Origin: Verrucomicrobiia bacterium
GTDB taxonomy: Bacteria > Verrucomicrobiota > Verrucomicrobiia > Limisphaerales > DASXHY01
Assembly (NCBI GenBank): GCA_035765675.1
Contig: DASTXC010000173.1
Coordinates: 5,644-69,643, forward strand
Direction: 5' to 3'
Length of the DNA stretch: 64,000 nt
The translations under genes and the position numbers were made by a program. Below, piece after piece: positions 54,412 through 64,000 of the stretch. The notes beneath the pieces are model-generated. The model did not search any database and had not been told where the DNA came from. It saw nothing but the letters and a program-made list of their open reading frames with translations. Each line of letters begins with the position of its first letter. The first letter of the stretch is position 1.

Positions 54412-54566
54412 AACTGAAATGTTGGCAAAACAATACGGGGCGACCGGAGGCTTTGCAAGGAATGCAAAGTGAAGACTGAATGACTTACATTTGGGCCCGG
54501 CGCCTTGCGGCTCGGCGGAACTGATCTGGCTTGAAATTGTTTCAACGGACGCCCAGGGGCATTCAA

Positions 54567-54930
54567 TTAATAACTTACGGTGATGAGCCGGGGGACACGC
54601 TGGAAAGCTTTATCGCGAGTCAGCAGCCGTTTACCCCAGGCCAGCGCCGTTGCTGCAATCCAGGCATCATTTTCTCCCAAACGCTGCGCCAAACCGGGTT
54701 GGATTCGGCTGGCCTGCCAGGCAACATGACGTGGCAATGGCAACACCGTTTCGAAGCACATGTTCCAACGATTGCGAATCTGCAAATGATTCCGCGAGTT
54801 CTCCCCAGGTGATTAAGGACAGGGAAAACACCTGCGAACGATTTGCAGCAACAAATGCGCTCGCGCCCCCGGCTCGGCCTGTGCGGCGTTCTAAAAGCAG
54901 GTCGATCCAGAACGTAGTATCAGTCAGCAC
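54567..54930 (-). pseudogene. vapC: VapC-type PIN-domain toxin interrupted by a frameshift
   Basis: N-terminal half 'VLTDTTFWIDLL...SLITWGELAESFADSQSLEHV' is in one frame (from GTG 54930). C-terminal half 'FETVLPLPRHVAWQASRI...NDAWIAATALAWGKRLLTRDKAFQRVPRL' is in another. The frames switch around 54745-54775. Confidence 0.65.
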
Positions 54931-55150
54931 GATTCGCCTTCCGTTTGCGTTTGCGCAATCCTTCCAGTGCGTCGTAATCCACACCCGCAATCGGCCCTTC
55001 AATGTTTTCCAAATGCTTTTCCAGATCGCCGAAGGTGCGAATCGGCGGCGGAACGAAGCGTTTAATGACGTCGCTCAGGCTTTCTTTATTGCGCTTGTTC
55101 GCCTTTAGAATTTCGTAAGCCTCATCACTCAGCATGGCTGGTTTGCTCAT
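54920..55150 (-). CDS. vapB: VapB-type antitoxin (DUF217-like 'putative antitoxin' family)
   Basis: 'MLSDEAYEILKANKRNKESLSDVIKRF' matches the small ribbon-type antitoxin family. Its stop overlaps the toxin's GTG (cGTGCTGACTGA). Confidence 0.7.
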   Translation of the reverse strand: MSKPAMLSDEAYEILKANKRNKESLSDVIKRFVPPPIRTFGDLEKHLENIEGPIAGVDYDALEGLRKRKRKANRAD

Positions 55151-55274
55151 ATAGCGCTTATATATCAGAGCAGACTGGTTCTTCGATAGGAAATGGGAAG
55201 GTGTTGACTCCAAGCAGAGTTGTTCCAGCGGCTCTGTTTTCGCGAATCGGAAACGCGACCCCGGGGGAGACTTG

Positions 55275-55559
55275 TCAGTGATTTTCGTGAGTCTCTGGCG
55301 GCCGGCGAACGTCCTCCGCCTGATTCCGCGCTTCGCGATCAATTCGGTTCACAAACAAATAAAGCCCCGCGCAAATCAGAAACAGCAGGCCGGAAATGAT
55401 TGCAGCAGGCAGGGCGACGCTATGATGGTGCGCCAGATACGATTCCAGCGTGGCCGTCAGCAGCCACATCTGAACAATCAACAGCAGCACGACCAGCGCC
55501 AGCGCGCCGTCAATGGCGGTCAGGCCCTGCTTGCGACCGGGTGGAACTCGCTCGTTCAT
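55275..55559 (-). CDS. Small two-helix membrane protein, last gene of the molybdoenzyme operon
   Basis: 94 aa. Helices 'ALALVVLLLIVQMWLLTA' and 'AAIISGLLFLICAGLYLFV'. The start abuts or overlaps the Rieske gene's stop (55562). Confidence 0.55.
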   Translation of the reverse strand: MNERVPPGRKQGLTAIDGALALVVLLLIVQMWLLTATLESYLAHHHSVALPAAIISGLLFLICAGLYLFVNRIDREARNQAEDVRRPPETHENH

Positions 55560-55561
55560 GT

Positions 55562-56073
55562 TCACGTCTCCGAATGAATTTCCATGGCCACGGCGACCAG
55601 TGAATCACCGCGCCGTTCCAGTTTCACCCGCGGCAATGGACGCTGCGGCGGGCCCTGCAATACATCTCCGTTCTTCACTGAAAAATAACCTTCGTGGCAC
55701 GGGCACTCGATCCGGTTTTTTTCCCGCGCATAAAAAACAGCGCATGAGAGATGCGTGCATTTCTGGCTGTACGCCACAAAGGTTTGTTCGTCCGGACGAA
55801 TCAGAATGCAGGGATCTTTTTCGGTTGGATAACGGAACAGCCGCACACCGCCGACAGGAATATCTTTGATGCTGCCAATGGTTTGTTCGGGATATTCCGG
55901 CTCGCGATAGACCCAGGAACGGACCAGAATCCAGACATTGCCGGCGAACATTCCCAGGCTGGTGAGCATCAGGAATTTTGTGAATTGCCTTCGGCTGACG
56001 TATTGCTCATCCGCGCGGTTGATTGAGAATTCGTCCTTCCACAACGGATCTTTTCTGGCTCGACGAAACAGTT

Positions 56074-56077
<4 letters not shown>
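55562..56077 (-). CDS. Rieske [2Fe-2S] protein with N-terminal twin-arginine motif / membrane anchor
   Basis: 'CTHLSCAV...CPCHEGYF' Rieske boxes. '[26 protein letters not shown]' is a Tat consensus (S-R-R-x-F-x-K) plus a hydrophobic helix. ATG 56077 overlaps the upstream stop by 4 nt. Confidence 0.87.
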
Positions 56078-56652
<575 letters not shown>

Positions 56653-56725
56653 TAAAGTGCCCTCCTGTGGTGGCACGCGCGTCCCGCCCGAGCGTTTCCA
56701 ATGCGTTGAGTTCGAATTTCCAATT

Positions 56726-58915
56726 TCATTTCGCTCCCTCCATTTCTGCTTTGCGAATGCGACAGGCGGAAACTTTGAACTCCGGAATCTTGCTCCGCGG
56801 ATCCAGCGTCCGATGCGTCAGTTTGTTCGCGCTTTTTTTTCCGGGCCAATGATACGGCATGAACACCGTGTCGGGCCGAATCGTTTTGACCACCATCGCA
56901 CGCAGAACGATTTCCGCGCGTCGCGTCGTAATCGACACCCAATCGCCGTCTTTGATTCCGTGCTGTTCCGCCAAGCGCGGATGAATCTCCAATCGCGGTT
57001 CCGGATATTGATCCACCAGCGCACCAATCCGCCGCGTCTGCGCGCCGGAAAGATATTGGCTGACCACGCGGCCGGTCGTCAGGTAAATCGGAAATTCTTC
57101 GTTCACGGGATCACCGCTCTCGCGAAACGGCGTCAGCAAAAAGTGGAACTTGCCGTCCTTGTGAAACGATTTGTTGTCCTCAAACAATCGCGGCGTGCCG
57201 GGATGATCCAGCGTCGGGCACGGCCAGAAGACGCCCATCTGCTGGTCAATTTTTTCATAGGTGATCCCGTAATAATCCGCGTGGCCGCCACGCGACGCCT
57301 CGCGTAATTCATCGAAAATTTCGCGCGATGATTTGTAGGGAAAGAACTTTCCTTTGCCCATGCGCTGGGCGAGATCGCAATAAATTTCCCAATCCACACG
57401 CGCGTTGCCTGGCGGTTCCACCGCTTTCTGAACGTGAATCACGCGACCTTCGACATTCGCCACTACGCCTTCATCCTCCTCCTGCAAACTGCCCGCCAGA
57501 ACGACGTCCGCGTGCTGCGCGGTTTCAGACAGGAAGAAATCCACAACACCGAAAAATTCCAGCTTCTCCAGCGCCTCGCGGGTGAAATCAGAATTGGGCA
57601 GCGAAATCATCGGATTGAAACACATCGAGAACAGCGCCTTGATTTCGCCGGCGTGAATCGCGTTCATGATTTCCTGGGCGGTCAAGCCGGCCTGCGGAAT
57701 TTCCTCCGGCGTGATACCCCAGACCTTGGCGACGTGTTCGCGCGCGGCCGGGTCATCAATCTGACGCTGGCCAGGAAGCTGATCGCATTTTTGTCCGTGC
57801 TCGCGTCCACCCTGGCCATTGCCCTGGCCGGTGATCATCATGCAACCGGAACCTTCCCGACCAATGTTTCCGGTGGCGAGACAGAGATTCACAATCGCGG
57901 AACAATTCTCCACGCCTTTCGATTGATGCTCGATTCCACGGGCGTGCAATGCGATTGCGCGATCCGCTTCGCCGAACCAGCGTCCGGCCTTTTCAATCGA
58001 TTCGGGAGGAACACCGGTAATTTCTGCGGCGCGGATCGGATCGTATGGTTTCACTGATTCCGCCAGCGCATCGAAACCGGTGGTGTATTTCTCGATGAAT
58101 TCGCGATCCTCCAAACCATCGCGCAGGATCACGTGCAGAATGCTCATCAGCAAAACCACATCCGTGCCCGGCCGCACCGGCAAATAGAGATCAGCATTGC
58201 GCGTGATCGGCGTCATGCGGGGATCAATCACGATGAGCTTTCCGCCATTATCGCGACAGCGCCAGACATAGTCCGTTGTAATCGGCGAACACTCGGCGAC
58301 GTTCGATCCGGCGATCAACATGACCTGAGCTTTGGGAATATCGCTCCACGGATTGGGCGAACGATCCACGCCGAACGCGAGTTTGTAAGCGACGCCGGCG
58401 GAAACCATGCAAAGCCGCCCGTTGTAATCCACATGCCGCGTCCCCAACGCAACGCGCGCGAACTTGCCGACGAGATAAGATTTTTCCGTCGTCAACGATG
58501 CGCCGCCGTAAATTGCCACGGAATCTTTTCCGTAACGTTCCTGAATTTCCCGCAATCGGCGCGCGGTGAAATCGAGTGATTCATCCCAGGACGCCGCGCG
58601 AAATCCGTTGTCGGTGCGCATCAGCGGATACAATAAGCGATCCGGATGATTGTTCTGGAGATAACGCTTCACGCCTTTCGGGCAAAGCATTCCGCGATTG
58701 AATGGAAACTCCTCCCACGGTTCGAACCCGATGATCTGGTTATCGCGAACCTTGAGTTGAATGCCGCATTGCTGGCCGCAGAAGCAGCAATGCGTTTTGA
58801 CAAGCGTGTCCGCCGGATGCCGCGATTCGTCACGCCAGCCGCCGGGCGGCACGTAATTCAAATGCGGCCCGTAAAGATCAATCAATGTTTCAACCGGTGC
58901 GGGCAGTTTAGCCAT
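56726..58915 (-). CDS. Bis-MGD molybdopterin oxidoreductase catalytic subunit, Nas/Nap/Fdh-type (putative nitrate reductase)
   Basis: N-terminal [4Fe-4S] motif C-x2-C-x3-C-x27-C ('CCFCGQQCG...MLCPKG'). '[10 protein letters not shown]' sits at the Cys-ligand position. '[16 protein letters not shown]' and a C-terminal molybdopterin-binding barrel are present. No Tat signal. Start at ATG 58915, 1 nt after the DUF5615 stop. Confidence 0.9.
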   Translation of the reverse strand: MAKLPAPVETLIDLYGPHLNYVPPGGWRDESRHPADTLVKTHCCFCGQQCGIQLKVRDNQIIGFEPWEEFPFNRGMLCPKGVKRYLQNNHPDRLLYPLMRTDNGFRAASWDESLDFTARRLREIQERYGKDSVAIYGGASLTTEKSYLVGKFARVALGTRHVDYNGRLCMVSAGVAYKLAFGVDRSPNPWSDIPKAQVMLIAGSNVAECSPITTDYVWRCRDNGGKLIVIDPRMTPITRNADLYLPVRPGTDVVLLMSILHVILRDGLEDREFIEKYTTGFDALAESVKPYDPIRAAEITGVPPESIEKAGRWFGEADRAIALHARGIEHQSKGVENCSAIVNLCLATGNIGREGSGCMMITGQGNGQGGREHGQKCDQLPGQRQIDDPAAREHVAKVWGITPEEIPQAGLTAQEIMNAIHAGEIKALFSMCFNPMISLPNSDFTREALEKLEFFGVVDFFLSETAQHADVVLAGSLQEEDEGVVANVEGRVIHVQKAVEPPGNARVDWEIYCDLAQRMGKGKFFPYKSSREIFDELREASRGGHADYYGITYEKIDQQMGVFWPCPTLDHPGTPRLFEDNKSFHKDGKFHFLLTPFRESGDPVNEEFPIYLTTGRVVSQYLSGAQTRRIGALVDQYPEPRLEIHPRLAEQHGIKDGDWVSITTRRAEIVLRAMVVKTIRPDTVFMPYHWPGKKSANKLTHRTLDPRSKIPEFKVSACRIRKAEMEGAK

Positions 58916-58916
58916 G

Positions 58917-59258
58917 TCATTCCTTTTTCCCTGAGATTTCGACGAGTGCGTCTCCGCTATCAATCAGTTCCACCGCGCGCGACAAAGTGCTTTTTAATAA
59001 AACCCGCAAAGCTGCCTCGCTGGTATTTCCGCAGGTCAGCCAAATCACGGCTGGAGGCGGCCCAAGCCGCTCAACCATTTCTGGAAAATCTGCATCTTTC
59101 GTAAGCATGATGACTTTGGCTTCGCGTGCCGCAGCAAAAATGTCTTTGTCTTTCGAATCGCGTAATCCGAGATCGCGCAACGGTTGTGCCGGATGACCGA
59201 GTTCGGTAGAAATCCATTTGGCAATCGTTGGCGAAAGATGCACATCCACCCAGATCAT
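58917..59258 (-). CDS. DUF5615-family PIN-like putative toxin
   Basis: 'MIWVDVHLSPTIAKWI...DKDIFAAAREAKVIMLTKDADF' is typical of the DUF5615 partner of DUF433. ATG 59258 overlaps the DUF433 stop (ATGA). Confidence 0.7.
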   Translation of the reverse strand: MIWVDVHLSPTIAKWISTELGHPAQPLRDLGLRDSKDKDIFAAAREAKVIMLTKDADFPEMVERLGPPPAVIWLTCGNTSEAALRVLLKSTLSRAVELIDSGDALVEISGKKE

Positions 59259-59470
59259 GCGGCAATCAAAACGGGATGGTTCAGCTTTCGGCTGGCGTAT
59301 TGGAGACACGCGCGGATGTCTTCCTCTTCCAGGTCCGGCAATTCCCGTAAAACTTCCTGAGTCGTCAATCCATTGGCGAGCAGATCAAGCACGTCCACTA
59401 CGCGGATGCGCATGTGCCGAACACACGGACGGCCGCCACACTGTTCAGGATCAAGGGTGATTCGATTCAT
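59255..59470 (-). CDS. DUF433-family putative antitoxin
   Basis: 'ITLDPEQCGGRPCVRHMRIRVVDVLDLLANGLTTQEVLRELPDLEEEDIRACLQYA' is the canonical DUF433 pattern. It starts 9 nt after the NarK-fusion stop. Confidence 0.75.
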   Translation of the reverse strand: MNRITLDPEQCGGRPCVRHMRIRVVDVLDLLANGLTTQEVLRELPDLEEEDIRACLQYASRKLNHPVLIAA

Positions 59471-59479
59471 AGCGAAAGA

Positions 59480-61738
<2,259 letters not shown>

Positions 61739-61870
61739 TTCAGCGGTCAGGCCGTCCTGTTTCAACGCGCCTCGTTCATGAGAGTGAATCAATGAACTTT
61801 TTGGACCGCCGCAACTTCGTCCAACATCGCGAAGCATTTTCGAAAAGCCAATAGATTTTTTTTGGAATCG

Positions 61871-61884
61871 TTGACGTGAGTCAA
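61871..61884. promoter_or_regulatory. Candidate CRP/FNR-family binding site (TTGAC-N4-GTCAA)
   Basis: The perfect palindrome TTGACGTGAGTCAA is centred about 139 bp upstream of the NarK-fusion ATG. It lies in the divergent region shared with MOSC-mobA and matches the FNR/Dnr-type half-site pattern TTGAY-N4-RTCAA. Confidence 0.35.
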
Positions 61885-61913
61885 ACGTGTGGATGACTTT
61901 TCCAGATCTTTTT

Positions 61914-61940
61914 AACCATGGATAGACACCGATGGACACC
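61914..61940. repeat. Solo copy of the 15-kb repeat family (AACCATGGATAGACACCGATGGACACC)
   Basis: About 75 percent identical, by hand alignment, to the arms at 14952-14976 and 15069-15092. Confidence 0.4.
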
Positions 61941-62174
61941 AATAACAAGACGTCGCGAATCGCGGTGCAATCGATGACGACACACTGAAGTGGGGTAGCG
62001 GCGGCCGCGCTCGCGGCAGCCCGGGCGCACTGGTTCTGCGCCCGCCGGCAAATGCTCAAACCATTTCCACCGCGCCAAGAAGTGGTTCGCTTCGACCGCT
62101 CGCAGCGCGAGCCGTTCTACCTTCCAAAGATTCGCCGCTTTCCGTGCCTTCCTCGCGGTGCTAATAGTCAGCGC

Positions 62175-62636
62175 GTGACAATTCGGCATCTTTATATTTC
62201 TTCGGGCCATAACTTTTTCGGGCATCACGGCCAGCCACCGGGCGAACATCCGTTCATCGAAGTTCCGGAAGTGGAATGCGTCGCCGGACGCGGCCTGCGC
62301 GGAGATCGTTTCTTCGATTTCAAAGAAAACTACAAAGGCCAGATCACGTTTTTTTCGCGGGAAGTCTTCGATGCGCTTTGCGATGCGCTCCAGGTTCGCG
62401 ACAAACCGCCGGCGGTGCTGCGTCGCAACGCGATTGTCGAGACCGCGGATTTGAACGCGTTGATTGGTTCGGAATTTGAAGTTCAGGGCGTGCGCTTTCG
62501 CGGCATGGCGGAATGCTCGCCGTGTTATTGGATGAACACCGCTTTCGCGCCCGGCGCGGAAAATTTTCTTCAAGGTCGCGGCGGTCTGCGCGCACAGATT
62601 CTCACCAACGGAACGCTGCGGGTTGAAAGCCAATGA
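62175..62636 (+). CDS. MOSC-domain protein
   Basis: 'HLYISSGHNFFGHHG', 'GLRGDRFF', 'RRNAIVE', 'RFRGMAECSPCYWM' and 'GGLRAQILTNGTL' fit the MOSC (Moco sulfurase C-terminal) beta-barrel with its conserved Cys. Start at GTG 62175, because the tracked ATG 62052 lies in the narK promoter region. The stop overlaps the mobA ATG. Confidence 0.72.
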   Translation: MTIRHLYISSGHNFFGHHGQPPGEHPFIEVPEVECVAGRGLRGDRFFDFKENYKGQITFFSREVFDALCDALQVRDKPPAVLRRNAIVETADLNALIGSEFEVQGVRFRGMAECSPCYWMNTAFAPGAENFLQGRGGLRAQILTNGTLRVESQ

Positions 62637-63214
62637 CCTTCACCGCGCTGTTGCTTGCCGGGGGCGAATCGCGTCGCATGGGCGCCGACAAATCAACGCT
62701 GATTTTCAACGGCGAACCTTTGTGGCAAAAACAAGTTCGCCTGCTGCGCGCCTTCAAACCGGAAGCACTTTGGATCTCCGCGCGGATTCGTCCGGCGTGG
62801 TGTCCGCCGGAAATTGATGTAATCCTCGATGAAGTTCCTTCGCGCGGTCCGCTGAGCGGAATTGCCGCGGCATTGTCGCGAATGCAAACCACGCATTTGT
62901 TAACGCTTGCGGTGGATATGCCCGCGATGTCGCTGGAGTTCTTACGCAAGCTCCGCAACCTGGCGCGACGCGGATGCGGAGTGATTCCTGCAAATGAAAA
63001 TTTTTTCGAACCGCTGGCCGGAATTTATCCGGCGGAAGCACTCAGCGCTGCAATTGAATCGCTGAAGAATAATCAACTATCTCTTCAGCATTTTGCTCAA
63101 TCTCTTTGTGACTCTGGATTGCTTAATACCTGCGTGCTCCAGGAAAATGAACGCGCGCTTTTTCGGAATCTGAACGAACCTCGCGATCTTTTGCGAGGAC
63201 CTGCGGTGCTTTGA
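62633..63214 (+). CDS. mobA: Molybdenum cofactor guanylyltransferase
   Basis: 'ALLLAGGESRRMGADKSTL', 'GPLSGIAAAL' and 'LLTLAVDMP' are MobA motifs. Confidence 0.87.
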   Translation: MTFTALLLAGGESRRMGADKSTLIFNGEPLWQKQVRLLRAFKPEALWISARIRPAWCPPEIDVILDEVPSRGPLSGIAAALSRMQTTHLLTLAVDMPAMSLEFLRKLRNLARRGCGVIPANENFFEPLAGIYPAEALSAAIESLKNNQLSLQHFAQSLCDSGLLNTCVLQENERALFRNLNEPRDLLRGPAVL

Positions 63215-63322
63215 CGACGCAGGTCGCTCAGAAAATCCAGCCGGACGGCGCTACGCGAATTTCACGAATTGCTTTTGAATTCGCGAAGATCAGCGCAATT
63301 CGCGTAAACCCGTCCTTCACCG

Positions 63323-63835
63323 TCATGCGTTCAGCGACTTCGCCAGCGTCTGGTTTTTCGCGCGCGATTCGTTGGCGAGCTTTTCTTTGAACTGCACGTA
63401 AGCTTTTTGCAAACGTTCGTCGGAGGTCGCGAGAATCTGCATCGCCAGCAGGCCGGCATTTTTCGCTGCGTTGACACCGACCGTTGCGACCGGAACTCCG
63501 GGCGGCATTTGCACGATCGACAACAGCGAATCCATTCCGTCCAGCGCTTTGCCCTGAATCGGCACGCCAATGATCGGCAGCGTCGTGAACGCCGCGGTGA
63601 CTCCCGGCAAATGCGCCGCGCCGCCTGCGCCGGCGATGATCACGCGCAAACCGCGATCGTACGCGCCGCTGACATATTGTTCGAGATCGCGCGGTGTGCG
63701 ATGCGCGGAAATAACTTTGGCTTCGCAACCAACCTGAAATTCAGCGCAAATGTCCGCCGCCGCTTTCATGACCGGCCAATCGGAATCGCTGCCCATCAAA
63801 ATACCAACCAAAACCGTGGAGCTGTTTGAATTCAT
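63323..63835 (-). CDS. purE: 5-(carboxyamino)imidazole ribonucleotide mutase (class I PurE)
   Basis: '[14 protein letters not shown]', 'SAHRTP' and '[27 protein letters not shown]' are PurE blocks. ATG 63835 is preferred over the tracked TTG at 63871. Confidence 0.9.
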   Translation of the reverse strand: MNSNSSTVLVGILMGSDSDWPVMKAAADICAEFQVGCEAKVISAHRTPRDLEQYVSGAYDRGLRVIIAGAGGAAHLPGVTAAFTTLPIIGVPIQGKALDGMDSLLSIVQMPPGVPVATVGVNAAKNAGLLAMQILATSDERLQKAYVQFKEKLANESRAKNQTLAKSLNA

Positions 63836-63931
63836 GGGCGCGGAGTTTACGGAGTCAGAACTGAAATTCAATGGGCAAGATATCCTTCTGATTATTCAAG
63901 ATCGCAAGAAAAGCGGTGGGCGGAATGTTCC

Positions 63932-63999
63932 GGAGCGCGGAATTTATTCCGCGAGTTCCGATATCGCGACAGCGACACGCGGAATGAATTCCGGGCTCC
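63932..63999. repeat. Paired REP-like element, GGAGCGCGG family
   Basis: GGAGCGCGGAATTTATTCCGCG (63932-63953) versus the reverse complement of CGCGGAATGAATTCCGGGCTCC (63978-63999). Two mismatches and a 24-bp spacer. A solo unit CGCGGAATGATTCCGCGCTCC lies at 39514-39534. Confidence 0.62.
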
Positions 64000-64000
64000 G

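Overview
High-GC bacterial chromosomal window. By inference it comes from a PVC-superphylum organism, most likely Verrucomicrobiota: it has a Minf_1886-family protein, Planctomycete/Verrucomicrobia-style secreted beta-helix proteins, and many short palindromic intergenic repeats. I call about 58 protein-coding genes, 2 tRNAs (Glu-TTC and an initiator-type Met-CAT), several intrinsic terminators and at least six families of paired inverted-repeat (REP/MITE-like) elements. I see no rRNA, no CRISPR array, no transposase and no integrase.

Core content in window order:
- secA 3' end, a GH115-like glycosidase and modABC.
- An exported protease block.
- mcsA-mcsB-clpC, ilvE, and a mini-kinase/PP2C pair.
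- A type II glutamine synthetase, glk, a MarC-family protein with an ATP-grasp-like ligase, and proA.
- A bacillithiol-type cluster (short bshC-like gene, bshB, bshA), lpxI, and a disulfide oxidoreductase.
- ilvA, a GT2 glycosyltransferase, glnE, trpG, an M50 protease and aroB.
- An AT-rich islet beside tRNA-fMet, then a LuxR-type response regulator, a UbiB-like kinase and glgP.
- tsaD, ctpA and a frameshifted vapBC.
- A molybdoenzyme operon, then MOSC-mobA and purE.

The most unusual locus is 55.3-61.7 kb. A Nas/Nap-type bis-MGD catalytic subunit is co-operonic with a 4x[4Fe-4S] protein, a Tat-motif Rieske protein and a small membrane protein. It is also co-operonic with a NarK-type transporter fused to a polytopic cytochrome-b-like domain, and a DUF433/DUF5615 toxin-antitoxin pair sits inside the operon. 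This subunit set matches no nitrate reductase class I know.

Other items worth follow-up:
- The half-length BshC-like gene.
- The 127-aa kinase-like protein coupled to the PP2C phosphatase.
- An arginine-kinase/ClpC module without ctsR.
- An orphan terminator that suggests a small RNA.

All functional calls rest on motif recognition from the translated ORFs. No database search was run.
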